Assembly: GCF_001484765.1 (NCBI RefSeq)
Contig: NZ_LLXO01000028.1
Span: forward strand, 27,859-51,858
DNA: 24,000 bases
Direction: 5' to 3'
DNA from: Entomohabitans teleogrylli
Lineage (GTDB): Bacteria > Pseudomonadota > Gammaproteobacteria > Enterobacterales > Enterobacteriaceae
Below the pieces are notes generated by a model that was given only the letters and a program-made list of their open reading frames with translations, searched no databases and had not been told where the DNA came from. Positions 1 through 8,772 of the stretch are shown here, one piece after another. Numbering within the stretch: position 1 is the first letter of the stretch; each line of letters begins with the position of its first letter. The translations under genes were made by a program, and so were the position numbers.

Positions 1-11
1 TAGGCGAATTT

Positions 12-896
12 TTATGCGACCGCTACTCGCTCGACGTAGGTGCAACCCAGCGACTCCAGCGTGGAGAGCGTGGCGTCCCACTGGGTCAGCAGCGGCGCTT
101 CGCGTTCCGCCAGCACCGCGCGGCTGATATCGCCCGCGCCCCGGCCGGTGAGGAACAGCAGATTCAGAGCGGCCTGTAGTGGCGGCAGCGACGGGTTATA
201 GGCGGCGTTTTCCGCATAGCGCCCGGTCAGAATGGCGCCGTCCTGTAACGCCAGGGCTACCCCTGACGGCGAGTCGCTGTAGGGCGCGTGGCTGCGGCTG
301 GCCGCATCGATCGCCGCCTGGGTCAGCGCGTCGCCGTGGGGGATAAAACCGTGGTCGCACGGGTCCATCAGCAGCGTGGCTATCTGTAAATCGCGCGGGC
401 CGAAGGCGTCCGGCAGGTAGTGGCCAAGGGTGCCCGGCTGGCGCTGCGGCAGATGAATCAGCAAATCGGTGCCGCTGTTCAGTTCATTCATAAACTGGCG
501 GCAGTGGCCGCAGGGGGTGTAATTGACCGTTATGTCGGTGAGGCGGGTTTCACCGCGCATCCACGCGTGGGTGACGGCGCTCTGTTCAGCGTGAATGGTC
601 TGCTGCATGGTGGTGCCGGGAAATTCCATGTTGGCGCCGAAGTAGAGGTTGCCGCTTTCGCCGCTGGCGATAGCGCCGACGTTAAAACGCGATACCGGCG
701 TTTGGGCGCAGGCGGCGGCCAGCGGCAGCAGGGCGAAAGACAGCGCCTGGCGATCCAGACCGCTTTCATCCATGACGCGTTGCACTTCGTCAGCGTTGAG
801 CATGGCCGGGAAGTGGTCATCATTCAGCAGCGGCAACAGGGCCGCCTGGAGTTTTTCCGGCAGCGTGGCGAAAGCGCAATCAAAACGTGGATGCAT
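12..896 (-). CDS. cdd: cytidine/deoxycytidine deaminase, two-domain 294-aa type
   Basis: Full-length ORF co-linear with E. coli Cdd as I recall it. Zinc-site motifs HAEQSA and TPCGHCRQF are present. Lies in the yohJ-yohK-cdd synteny. Confidence 0.95.
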   Translation of the reverse strand: MHPRFDCAFATLPEKLQAALLPLLNDDHFPAMLNADEVQRVMDESGLDRQALSFALLPLAAACAQTPVSRFNVGAIASGESGNLYFGANMEFPGTTMQQTIHAEQSAVTHAWMRGETRLTDITVNYTPCGHCRQFMNELNSGTDLLIHLPQRQPGTLGHYLPDAFGPRDLQIATLLMDPCDHGFIPHGDALTQAAIDAASRSHAPYSDSPSGVALALQDGAILTGRYAENAAYNPSLPPLQAALNLLFLTGRGAGDISRAVLAEREAPLLTQWDATLSTLESLGCTYVERVAVA

Positions 897-928
897 GGCG
901 ATACCTCATAGCAGAGTAACGGGAGCGT

Positions 929-1021
929 AGTGTACGGCCCATTTGCGCTATCAATTGTGATCAATATCTCTGTTTTAATGTAATGAAGTTGTTGATTGCA
1001 ATATTTGCGAGATATGCAGCA
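929..1021 (-). promoter_or_regulatory. cdd promoter with CRP-CytR-CRP architecture
   Basis: Two CRP-like sites: TGTGA-N6-TCTCT (956-971) and TGCGA-N6-CAGCA (1006-1021). Their centres are 50 bp apart, like the E. coli cdd CRP-1/CRP-2 pair. An ATTGCAAT (TTGCAA core, 995-1002) between them resembles a CytR operator. On the minus strand, TACACT (934-929) sits where a -10 is expected if CRP-1 is centred at -41.5. Confidence 0.5.
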
Positions 1022-1025
1022 AGTA

Positions 1026-1721
1026 TTAACCAAACAGCGCCATAATGAGCGGAAACAGAAACGGCGCCGTCAGCGAGGTGATAATGCCGCAGATCACCAG
1101 CGCCAGCGAACTGAAGGCCCCTTCCTGGAAATCCAGTTCGGCGCAGCGGGCGGTGCCCAGCGCGTGGGAAGCGGTGCCCATTGCCAGCCCGCGCGCCGCT
1201 TTGGTTTTAATGCGCATCAGGTTGAGCAGCGAGTGGCCGAATACCGCGCCAAGAATACCGACAAAGATTACGCACACTGCGCTAATGGCCGGGATACCGC
1301 CGATACTGCCGCCGACGGCCATGGCGATCGGCGTGGTGACCGATTTCGGCAGTACCGAGGCGGCGATCTCCGGGCTGGCCCCCATCATCAGGGCAATACC
1401 GGTGCCGGTGACCATCGCCACAATACTGCCGGCAAAGCAGATGGTAATAATTGATTTCCAGCGCGCGCGGATCTGGTGCAACTGTTCATAGAGCGGAAAC
1501 GCCAGCGCCACCACCGCCGGCTGCAGCAGATCGTTAAGCACTTCGCTGCCCGCAAAGTAGCGCTGGTAGGGAATATCCAGCGTCAGCAGCAGCGGAATAA
1601 TCACCAGCATCGACAGCAGTAGCGGATTGAGCAGTGGACTTTTAAACTTTGCTCCCAGCTTGCGGGCCGCCAGAAAAACCACAACGGTCAGCGGCAGAGA
1701 CCACCAGATATTGTCAATCAT
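1026..1721 (-). CDS. yohK: LrgB/CidB-family inner membrane protein YohK
   Basis: 231-aa polytopic membrane ORF, the same length as E. coli YohK. Overlaps the yohJ stop by 8 nt, suggesting translational coupling. Confidence 0.9.
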   Translation of the reverse strand: MIDNIWWSLPLTVVVFLAARKLGAKFKSPLLNPLLLSMLVIIPLLLTLDIPYQRYFAGSEVLNDLLQPAVVALAFPLYEQLHQIRARWKSIITICFAGSIVAMVTGTGIALMMGASPEIAASVLPKSVTTPIAMAVGGSIGGIPAISAVCVIFVGILGAVFGHSLLNLMRIKTKAARGLAMGTASHALGTARCAELDFQEGAFSSLALVICGIITSLTAPFLFPLIMALFG

Positions 1722-2118
1722 GCTTTTCCGCCTCGTCGTGGCCGATGACTTTGCGCTCGCCGTGGACCAATTGGGAGCTCCAGCTCACCACCACCAGTAC
1801 CACCAGCGTGCTGATAATGCAGGAGACCACCACCGGGCCGAATTGCGCGCGCAGCACATCGTAGTACTGCATTACCCCGACGCCGATCGGCACAAACAAC
1901 AGCGCCATATAGCGAATCAGCACGTAGCAGCCGGGAAACACCCATTTTGACGGCATAATCTGCAGCGCCAGCAGGACAAATAAAATCAACATCCCGATGA
2001 TACTGCCGGGAATTACGATCGGTAGCAGGGAAGCGATGCCGATTCCGGCATACAGGCAGGCATAGATCAGGATAAAAGCCCGAAGATATTCCCAGAGTGT
2101 TATCAGCGTTTTGCGCAT
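1714..2118 (-). CDS. yohJ: LrgA/CidA-family (holin-like) small membrane protein YohJ
   Basis: Co-linear with E. coli YohJ (MSKTL...WQYLRAF...). Start placed at ATG 2118 ([15 protein letters not shown]), preceded by AGGA at 8 nt. The ORF-track start at 2154 has no homolog support. Confidence 0.85.
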   Translation of the reverse strand: MRKTLITLWEYLRAFILIYACLYAGIGIASLLPIVIPGSIIGMLILFVLLALQIMPSKWVFPGCYVLIRYMALLFVPIGVGVMQYYDVLRAQFGPVVVSCIISTLVVLVVVSWSSQLVHGERKVIGHDEAEKHD

Positions 2119-2167
2119 GGTGGTCATCCTTTCAGAAACGCATTCATCATACAATTAAACCCAAAAA

Positions 2168-2183
2168 TGTGCTACCGATCACA
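2168..2183. promoter_or_regulatory. CRP-like binding site upstream of yohJK
   Basis: TGTGC-TACCGA-TCACA matches 9 of 10 core positions of TGTGA-N6-TCACA. Centred about 57 bp upstream of the yohJ ATG, in the short gap between yohJ and the mhbR stop. Confidence 0.4.
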
Positions 2184-2233
2184 TCATGAATTAAAAGCAT
2201 ATCAGACATTCCTCCGCGGCACGCCGCAGACGG

Positions 2234-3148
2234 TCAACCGGCGCTTTTTTCCAGATGATAAATCAGGCGCAGCAGAGCGGTGGAGGGGTTATCGTCTTTA
2301 CGCCAGAATACGCCGACGCTGCCTTTTTGCTCAATACGCGGCAGGGCGAGGATCGACAACTGGCCCTGGGCCTCATAGCGCTGGGCCAGTCGCCACGACA
2401 GGATCGACACCATATCGCTGGCCTGTAGCAGGTTAAGGGTGACGTTCATGGAGGCGGATTCGACGGTATTCTCCGGCATCATCACGCCGTTATCCACCAG
2501 CGCGCTGTCGATACTGATGCGGATCGGCGTACCGGTGGGCCAGACTATCCAGCGCCACGGCGCCAGATCGCGCCAGCTAATGGCGCTGCGTCCGGCCAGC
2601 GGATGATCGTTGCGCGCCACGAAGCACACCGGCTCGGTATACAGCACCTGATAATTGAGGGGCAGTTTCAGGGCTTTTCCGCCGACCCTGCCCACCACTG
2701 CGTCGAGCACCCCGGAGGTCAGATCCTGCAGCAGCGGCGTCATGACCTTTTCTTCTATGTTCAGATGCAGCCCCGGCATCTCTTCCAGCAGCGGCAAAAT
2801 GGCCTGCGAGACACAGTCGGTGGCCACCGGCGAGCAGCCGATCTTCAGGCTACCGACCAGCCCGCCTTCCCGGAAGCGCGCCATCTCCTCCCGGGAGCGT
2901 TCCAGCTCATTTATCACCCGCTGGGCATGCTCGAGCAGCAATTTCCCACCCTCGGAAGGGCGTAGTCCTTTGCTGTGGCGCTCGTAGAGGGCAAAACCTA
3001 TCTCTTCTTCCAGCGCGCTAAGCCATTTGGAAAGCGCCGGCTGGGTGATGTGCATCATTTTTGCCACCCGGCTCAGATTACCCTGTTCGCCAATCGCCAC
3101 CAGCAACTGCCAGTGGTGCAGTTTTAGTTTCTGGGTCCAGTCCGCCAT
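2234..3148 (-). CDS. mhbR: LysR-type transcriptional regulator, divergent from the gentisate operon
   Basis: 304 aa. N-terminal wHTH (LKLHHWQLLVAIGEQGNLSRVAKMMHITQPALSKWL) plus an LTTR substrate-binding domain. AGGAGG Shine-Dalgarno. The symbol is assigned from the gene order of the described mhbRTDHIM cluster. Confidence 0.85.
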   Translation of the reverse strand: MADWTQKLKLHHWQLLVAIGEQGNLSRVAKMMHITQPALSKWLSALEEEIGFALYERHSKGLRPSEGGKLLLEHAQRVINELERSREEMARFREGGLVGSLKIGCSPVATDCVSQAILPLLEEMPGLHLNIEEKVMTPLLQDLTSGVLDAVVGRVGGKALKLPLNYQVLYTEPVCFVARNDHPLAGRSAISWRDLAPWRWIVWPTGTPIRISIDSALVDNGVMMPENTVESASMNVTLNLLQASDMVSILSWRLAQRYEAQGQLSILALPRIEQKGSVGVFWRKDDNPSTALLRLIYHLEKSAG

Positions 3149-3153
3149 AAAGA

Positions 3154-3171
3154 TATAACCTCCTGGTTATA
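3154..3171. promoter_or_regulatory. perfect 7-4-7 palindrome, candidate LTTR recognition site
   Basis: TATAACC-tcct-GGTTATA is read directly from the sequence. It overlaps the mhbR Shine-Dalgarno (AGGAGG) and lies about 100 bp upstream of the mhbT ATG. The dyad is of the T-N11-A-like type used by LysR regulators. Confidence 0.45.
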
Positions 3172-3273
3172 GCACTGCCTGAAATACCATTGTACATCTC
3201 ATTCCTCAGACCACAAGATTGCAACATAAACACAACATAACAACCTCTACTTACCTGCACCGAGGCATCTGCT

Positions 3274-4647
3274 ATGACCCTACAACGTTGCGATCTTCAG
3301 GCGCTTATCGACGCTTCCCCAATCCGCGCTATTCAATGGCGCGTCGTCATCTGCTGTTTCCTGGTGGTGATGATGGACGGTTTCGATACCGCCGCGATTG
3401 GCTTCATCGCTCCCGATATTCGCCAGCACTGGGCGCTGAGCGCCGCCGACCTGGCGCCGCTGTTCGGCGCTGGTCTGCTGGGCCTGACTGGCGGGGCGCT
3501 GCTGTGCGGCCCGCTTTCCGACCGCTTTGGCCGTAAACGCGTGATTGAGTGGTGTGTGGCCTTCTTTGGCCTGCTCAGTCTGGTGTCGGCTTTCTCTCCT
3601 GACTTACAGACCCTGGTTATCCTGCGCTTTCTGACCGGCCTCGGGCTGGGCGGCGCGATGCCCAATACGATTACCATGACGTCCGAATTCCTGCCGGCCC
3701 GCCGGCGCGGCGCGCTGGTCACCCTGATGTTCTGCGGCTTCACCCTCGGTTCGGCGCTGGGTGGTATCGTCAGCGCTCAACTGGTGCACAGCATTGGCTG
3801 GCAGGGCATTCTGGTGCTGGGCGGTGTATTGCCGCTGGCGCTGTTTGTCGGCCTGCTGTTTTTACTGCCGGAGTCTCCGCGCTGGCAGGTACGGCACAAC
3901 CAGCCACAGCAAAAAATCGCCGCCACCCTTAGCCGTATCGCCGGCGAGCAGTACCGCAACGCCCATTTCTATCTGGATGAACCAGCCAGCCATAAAGGTA
4001 GCAGCGTCGGCGCCCTGTTCCGCGGCCGCTCAATTGTCGTCACGCTGATGCTGTGGGTGGTGTTCTTTATGAGTCTGATGATCATCTACCTGCTGTCGAG
4101 CTGGATGCCGACGCTGCTGAACCATCGCGGCATCGATCTTCAGCATGCGTCGTGGATCACCGCTGCATTCCAGATTGGCGGCACCCTCGGGGCGATGCTG
4201 CTGGGCTGGATGATGGACAGGCTTAACCCTTACTGGGTGCTGGCCGTCAGCTACCTGCTGGGCGCGGTGTGTATTGTGATGATCGGCCTGTCGGAAAGCT
4301 CGCTGTGGATTATGGCGCTGGCGATTTTCGGCACCGGTATCGGTATCAGCGGCTCGCAGGTGGGGCTGAACGCCCTGAGCGCCACGCTGTATCCCACTCA
4401 GTGCCGCGCCACTGGCGTGAGCTGGGCGAATGCGGTAGGTCGCTGCGGCGCCATCGTCGGCTCGGTTAGCGGCGGCATGATGATGGCGATGAATCTGTCG
4501 TTTGGCGCCCTGTTCACCATTATTGCTCTACCGGCGCTGATCTGCGCCCTGATGCTGGTGCTGCTCACTCTGTCGATGCGTGTGCGTCTGTCGGTGACTG
4601 CGCCTGGATACGCCGCTGTACCCCGCCACAGCGCGGCGAATGATTAA
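3274..4647 (+). CDS. mhbT: MFS aromatic acid:H+ symporter family transporter (3-hydroxybenzoate uptake)
   Basis: 457 aa with about 12 TM segments. MFS loop 2-3 signature [16 protein letters not shown] Shine-Dalgarno 8 nt upstream. First gene of the catabolic operon. Confidence 0.85.
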   Translation: MTLQRCDLQALIDASPIRAIQWRVVICCFLVVMMDGFDTAAIGFIAPDIRQHWALSAADLAPLFGAGLLGLTGGALLCGPLSDRFGRKRVIEWCVAFFGLLSLVSAFSPDLQTLVILRFLTGLGLGGAMPNTITMTSEFLPARRRGALVTLMFCGFTLGSALGGIVSAQLVHSIGWQGILVLGGVLPLALFVGLLFLLPESPRWQVRHNQPQQKIAATLSRIAGEQYRNAHFYLDEPASHKGSSVGALFRGRSIVVTLMLWVVFFMSLMIIYLLSSWMPTLLNHRGIDLQHASWITAAFQIGGTLGAMLLGWMMDRLNPYWVLAVSYLLGAVCIVMIGLSESSLWIMALAIFGTGIGISGSQVGLNALSATLYPTQCRATGVSWANAVGRCGAIVGSVSGGMMMAMNLSFGALFTIIALPALICALMLVLLTLSMRVRLSVTAPGYAAVPRHSAAND

Positions 4648-4666
4648 ATCTATAAGGAGAACGACT

Positions 4667-5698
4667 ATGACCAATATTTCTGTACAGGAACAACGTCAGC
4701 AGTTTTATCAGCAAATTTCCGGCATGGATTTAGCGCCGCTGTGGGAGTCGCTGCATTCACTGGTGCCCAACACCCCCAATCCGACCTGTGCGCCGGCCCT
4801 GTGGCGTTACCAGGATATTCGCCCGTACCTGATGCAGAGCGGCGAGTTGATTGGCGCGAAAGAGGCTATCCGCCGGGTGCTGGTGCTGGAAAACCCCAGC
4901 CTGCGCGGTCAGGCGTCGATTACGTCTTCGCTGTATGCCGGCCTGCAATTGATTATGCCGGGCGAGGTGGCGCCGAGCCATCGCCACACCCAGTCGGCGC
5001 TGCGCTTTATTGTGGAAGGTAATGACGCGTTCACCGCCGTCGACGGCGAGCGTACGGTGATGCACGAAGGGGACTTTATCCTGACGCCCCAGTGGCGCTG
5101 GCACGACCACGGCAACAGCGGTAATGAGCCGGTGGTATGGCTGGACGGGCTGGATCTGCCGCTGGTTAACTACCTTGGCTGCGGTTTTGCCGAAAACTAC
5201 CCGGAAGATCAGCAGCCGGTGACCCGCCGCGAAGGGGATTACCTGCCGCGCTACGCCGCCAATATGCTGCCGCTGCGCCACCAGAGCGGTAACTCGTCGC
5301 CGATCTTTAACTATCGCTATGACCGCAGCCGCGAAGCGCTGCACGATCTGAGCCGCCTTGGCGAGCCGGATGAGTGGGAAGGTTACAAACTGCGCTACGT
5401 TAACCCGGTCAACGGCGGCTATCCGATGCCGACCATTGCCGCCTTCCTGCAACTGATGCCGAAGGGCTTCCGTTCAAAAACGGCGCGCAGTACCGACAGC
5501 ACGGTCTACCACGTGGTGGAAGGCAGCGGGCGCGTCACTATCGGCGAGCAGACCTTCACCTTTACGCCGAAAGATACTTTTGTGGTGCCGAACTGGAACG
5601 CCGTCTCTTTTGACTGCGACAGCGAGGCGGTACTTTTCAGCTTCTCGGATCGTCCGGTACAGGAATTCCTCGGCCTGTTCCGCGAAGCGCGCAATTAA
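4667..5698 (+). CDS. mhbD: gentisate 1,2-dioxygenase (bicupin)
   Basis: Cupin His motif ([20 protein letters not shown]...WRWHDHGN). Start moved to ATG 4667 (MTNISVQEQ), which is preceded by AAGGAG. The ORF-track start at 4640 overlaps the mhbT stop and has no Shine-Dalgarno. Confidence 0.9.
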   Translation: MTNISVQEQRQQFYQQISGMDLAPLWESLHSLVPNTPNPTCAPALWRYQDIRPYLMQSGELIGAKEAIRRVLVLENPSLRGQASITSSLYAGLQLIMPGEVAPSHRHTQSALRFIVEGNDAFTAVDGERTVMHEGDFILTPQWRWHDHGNSGNEPVVWLDGLDLPLVNYLGCGFAENYPEDQQPVTRREGDYLPRYAANMLPLRHQSGNSSPIFNYRYDRSREALHDLSRLGEPDEWEGYKLRYVNPVNGGYPMPTIAAFLQLMPKGFRSKTARSTDSTVYHVVEGSGRVTIGEQTFTFTPKDTFVVPNWNAVSFDCDSEAVLFSFSDRPVQEFLGLFREARN

Positions 5699-5712
5699 TT
5701 GGGAGAGAGATC

Positions 5713-6414
5713 ATGACGAATTATGTATTCCAGCCGCAGCCCGTTGTTACGGTTCCCGTTGCCGACAGCGACGCGCAGTTCCCGGTACGCCGTATCTACT
5801 GTGTGGGCCGTAACTATGCCGCTCACGCCCGGGAAATGGGATTTGATCCGGATCGCGAGCCGCCGTTCTTTTTCTGCAAGCCGGCGGATGCGATTGTGCC
5901 GGTAGCGGCTGGCACCACGCTGGAACTGCCGTACCCGGCGCAGACCGATAACTACCACTATGAGATTGAGCTGGTAGTGGCGATCGGTAAGCAGGGGCGC
6001 GATATTCCGCTGGAAAAAGCCCATGAGTATATCTGGGGCTACGCAACCGGTCTGGATATGACCCGCCGCGACCGCCAGATGGAGATGCGCCAGATGGGGC
6101 GTCCGTGGGAAATCGGTAAGGCTTTCGACCTGTCGGCCCCGATTGCGCCACTGCACCCGGCGGCCAGCGTCAGCGGTATGGACAATGCGCCGATCTGGCT
6201 GCAGGTCAACGGTGAAGACCACCAGCGCAGTGATATTCGTCATTTGATCTGGTCAGTACCGGAAACCATCAGCTACCTGTCCGGCTATTTCGAACTGCAG
6301 CCGGGAGATCTGATCTTCACCGGTACGCCGGAAGGGGTTGGCCCGGTCGTCAAAGGGGACGTCATGACCGGGAATGTGGATGGCCTGACGCCGATCGCCG
6401 TGAAAGTGGTGTGA
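5713..6414 (+). CDS. mhbH: fumarylpyruvate hydrolase (FAH family)
   Basis: 233 aa. FAH-fold motifs present ([40 protein letters not shown]). GGGAGAGAG Shine-Dalgarno. Confidence 0.9.
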   Translation: MTNYVFQPQPVVTVPVADSDAQFPVRRIYCVGRNYAAHAREMGFDPDREPPFFFCKPADAIVPVAAGTTLELPYPAQTDNYHYEIELVVAIGKQGRDIPLEKAHEYIWGYATGLDMTRRDRQMEMRQMGRPWEIGKAFDLSAPIAPLHPAASVSGMDNAPIWLQVNGEDHQRSDIRHLIWSVPETISYLSGYFELQPGDLIFTGTPEGVGPVVKGDVMTGNVDGLTPIAVKVV

Positions 6415-6427
6415 GCAGGAGTTTGCC

Positions 6428-7072
6428 ATGAAGCTGTACAGTTTTTTCAACAGTTCCGCCTCTTATCGGGTGCGTATTGCGCTGGCGCTGAAGGGCATTG
6501 ACTACCAGACCGTCGGCGTAAATATCCGCATCGGCGAGCAGAATCAGATGGATTACCGGCGCCTTAACCCGATAGCCCTGGTGCCCACGCTGGTCACCGA
6601 TGAAGGAGAGGCGCTGGGCCAGTCGCTGGCGATTATCGACTGGCTCGACAGGGCATACACCCAGGCGCCGCTGATTCCTGAACAGGATGAAATACGCGCC
6701 CGGGTGCTGGAGATTGCTTACGCTATCTCCTGCGACATCCACCCGGTAAATAACATGCGGGTACTGCGTTACCTGACTGAAGAGCTGGGCATCAGCGAAG
6801 AACAGAAAAATCGCTGGTATGCCCACTGGATTAAACAGGGGCTGAGCGCCGTGGAGCAGTTGCTGAAACGCAGCGAATCCGGACGCTTCTGCGTGGGTGA
6901 TGCCCCAACCCTGGCCGATTGTTGTCTGATACCGCAAATCGCCAACGCCCAGCGTATGGGGTGCGACCTGAGTGCGTACCCGCGCTGTCTGGCGGTATGG
7001 CGGACCTGTCAGGAACTGCCCGCCTTTGTGGCGGCGGCTCCGGAAAACCAGACGGACAAGATCCCGGCGTAA
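6428..7072 (+). CDS. mhbI: glutathione-dependent maleylpyruvate isomerase (GST zeta / maleylacetoacetate isomerase family)
   Basis: 214 aa. N-terminal zeta-class motif SSASYRVRIALALKG and LVPTL...GQSLAIIDWL. AGGAG Shine-Dalgarno 6 nt upstream. Confidence 0.9.
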   Translation: MKLYSFFNSSASYRVRIALALKGIDYQTVGVNIRIGEQNQMDYRRLNPIALVPTLVTDEGEALGQSLAIIDWLDRAYTQAPLIPEQDEIRARVLEIAYAISCDIHPVNNMRVLRYLTEELGISEEQKNRWYAHWIKQGLSAVEQLLKRSESGRFCVGDAPTLADCCLIPQIANAQRMGCDLSAYPRCLAVWRTCQELPAFVAAAPENQTDKIPA

Positions 7073-7092
7073 TCAATAAAAGGAGACAAGCC

Positions 7093-8286
7093 ATGGCTAA
7101 AGTAAAAAGCGCAATTATCGTCGGCGGCGGCATTGGTGGGGCGGCAGCCGCCCTGTCGCTGGCCCGTCAGGGCATCGACGTGATGCTGCTGGAAAGAGCC
7201 CATGAAATTGGGGAAATTGGCGCCGGGATCCAGCTTGGTCCAAATGCGTTCTCAGCCCTCGATAGCCTGGGCGTCGGGGAAGTTGCCCGCCAGCGGGCGG
7301 TGTTTACCGATCATATCTGTATGATGGACGCGGTGACCGCGGAGCAGGTGGTGCGTATTGAAACCGGCCAGGCGTTCCGCGACCATTTCGGCGGTCCCTA
7401 CGCGGTTATTCACCGGGTAGATATCCACGGGACGGTATGGGAAGCCGCGCTGCAGCATCCGAATATTCAGTACCGCACCTCCACCACGGTGGTGGACATT
7501 AGCCAGACAGAAAACGATGTCACGGTGTATGACAGCGAAGGCAATAGCTGGACGGCGGATATTCTGCTGGGCTGCGACGGCGGTAAATCGGTGGTGCGTC
7601 AGGCGCTTCTGGGAGACGGCCCGCGGGTGACCGGCCATGTGGTATACCGGGCGGTGATTGATAAGGCCGATATGCCGGAAGATCTGCAAATTAATGCGCC
7701 GGTATTGTGGGCGGGTCCACACTGCCACCTGGTGCATTATCCGCTGCGCGGCGGTTCCCAGTACAATCTGGTGGTGACTTTCCACAGCCGCGAGCAAGAG
7801 GAGTGGGGGGTGAAGGACGGCAGTAAGGAAGAGGTGCTTTCTTACTTCAAGGGTATTCACCCGCGTCCGCGTCAGATGCTGGATAAACCCACCAGTTGGC
7901 GGCGCTGGTCCACCGCGGATCGCGAGCCGGTAGAGAAGTGGGGTAACGATCGGATTACGCTGCTCGGCGACGCCGCGCACCCGGTAGCCCAGTATATGGC
8001 GCAGGGCGCCTGTATGGCGCTGGAAGACGCGGTGACCATCGGTAAGGCGCTGGAGCGTTGCGAAGGGGATGCGGCGAAGGCCTTTGCGCTGTATGAGTCA
8101 GTACGTATTCCACGTACCGCGCGTATCGTGTGGTCGACCCGCGAGATGGGGCGTCTGTACCATGCCGCGGGCGTTGAACGCCAGGTGCGTAACCTGCTGT
8201 GGAAAGGTAAAGGCCAGCCGGAGTTTTACCGGGCAATGGAATGGCTGTACGGCTGGAAAGAAGATAACTGTCTGGAACCGCGTTAA
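7093..8286 (+). CDS. mhbM: FAD-dependent 3-hydroxybenzoate 6-monooxygenase (produces gentisate)
   Basis: 397 aa. GxGxxG (IIVGGGIGGAAAA), DG (GCDGGKSVVR) and GD (LLGDAAHP) flavoprotein hydroxylase fingerprints. ATG 7093 is preceded by AGGAG. The ORF-track 5' extension to 6919 overlaps mhbI and is rejected. Confidence 0.9.
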   Translation: MAKVKSAIIVGGGIGGAAAALSLARQGIDVMLLERAHEIGEIGAGIQLGPNAFSALDSLGVGEVARQRAVFTDHICMMDAVTAEQVVRIETGQAFRDHFGGPYAVIHRVDIHGTVWEAALQHPNIQYRTSTTVVDISQTENDVTVYDSEGNSWTADILLGCDGGKSVVRQALLGDGPRVTGHVVYRAVIDKADMPEDLQINAPVLWAGPHCHLVHYPLRGGSQYNLVVTFHSREQEEWGVKDGSKEEVLSYFKGIHPRPRQMLDKPTSWRRWSTADREPVEKWGNDRITLLGDAAHPVAQYMAQGACMALEDAVTIGKALERCEGDAAKAFALYESVRIPRTARIVWSTREMGRLYHAAGVERQVRNLLWKGKGQPEFYRAMEWLYGWKEDNCLEPR

Positions 8287-8318
8287 GACGGTTGATTAAA
8301 GGGTGTGCTATGTGTTTG

Positions 8319-8349
8319 CCCCGAGGCCTGTCCGGCTTCGGGGTTTTTT
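8319..8349 (+). terminator. rho-independent terminator of the mhb operon
   Basis: 10-bp GC-rich stem (CCCCGAGGCC / GGCTTCGGGG, one G-U pair), a 5-nt loop, then T6. Confidence 0.8.
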
Positions 8350-8529
8350 ATTGCCCGTAACAGATAACGGTTTTCGATTTTCCCGCGGGGCGCTACCATA
8401 GCGGGCCGAAATAGTGACTACCTGAAGAAACCTACAGCAATAGGGTTGTTTCAGATTAGGCTGGGTATTATCGCGAGGGTTTCAGAGTCACGCTGGAAAT
8501 CGCTGACACGAAGGCCGTGAGACAAAGAT

Positions 8530-8584
8530 CTGGTGCCATGGATGGCGCCAGAAAGGCATGCCGCAACAGTGATGTGGCATGCCT
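8530..8584 (+). other. two adjacent stem-loops in noncoding DNA
   Basis: First: CTGGTGCC-atggat-GGCGCCAG (8530-8551, 8 bp with one G-U). Second: AGGCATGCC-13 nt-GGCATGCCT (8554-8584, 9 bp). No coding support on either strand. Confidence 0.6.
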
Positions 8585-8635
8585 GGTCCGCAGGATAAGG
8601 CCGGGAGTGGAAGTTCCCGCGTAGCGCCCCTTAAC

Positions 8636-8687
8636 CCGTTCGCGAATTACTGAAGCCAGTAAAGAATGGATAACATAACGCGAACGG
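8636..8687. repeat. nested inverted repeat (stem within stem) upstream of dusC
   Basis: Outer perfect 9-bp arms are CCGTTCGCG (8636-8644) and CGCGAACGG (8679-8687). They enclose an inner perfect 6-bp hairpin, TTACTG-aagc-CAGTAA (8647-8662). Function unknown. Confidence 0.85.
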
Positions 8688-8772
8688 AAACCGGCAGACT
8701 GAGCCACAACACCACAAACAACCATTTCTAACCCCTGGCGCTCCGCGCCTCACAACCAAAACGGACACCACT

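Noticed and set aside
4757-5452. 231-aa minus-strand ORF, plus similar antisense ORFs at 7252-7980, 13608-14264, 6362-6937, 5695-6243, 9106-9579 and 20662-21444 (+)
   Set aside because: Each is antisense to a gene with clear family motifs (mhbD, mhbM, pbpG, mhbI, mhbH, dusC, dld). All have arginine-rich, motif-free translations.
6919-7092. 5' extensions of ORFs in the track: mhbM from 6919, mhbD from 4640, binding protein from 14878, yohC from 12641, livH-like from 16082, yohJ from 2154
   Set aside because: In each case an internal ATG has a good Shine-Dalgarno at 5-9 nt and coincides with the N-terminus of homologs. The extensions overlap upstream genes or terminators.
8468-8725. 85-aa minus-strand ORF inside the structured noncoding region upstream of dusC
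   Set aside because: Only a weak GGGG Shine-Dalgarno-like element. Ser/Arg/Leu-rich sequence with no hydrophobic core pattern or motif. It spans the hairpins, which look more like RNA or DNA structure than coding sequence. A tblastn conservation test is still needed to exclude it fully.
8351-8772. Possibility that the dusC-upstream region is a known riboswitch or a REP/ERIC element
   Set aside because: I could not find the conserved cores of the cobalamin (B12 box), TPP (CUGAGA...ACCUGAUCUGGAUAAUGCCAGC), FMN, Moco or Mn riboswitches. The only REP-like string is GGATAAGGCC (8593-8602), without the rest of a REP palindrome, and there is no ERIC similarity. The region is kept as an unexplained finding rather than a named feature.
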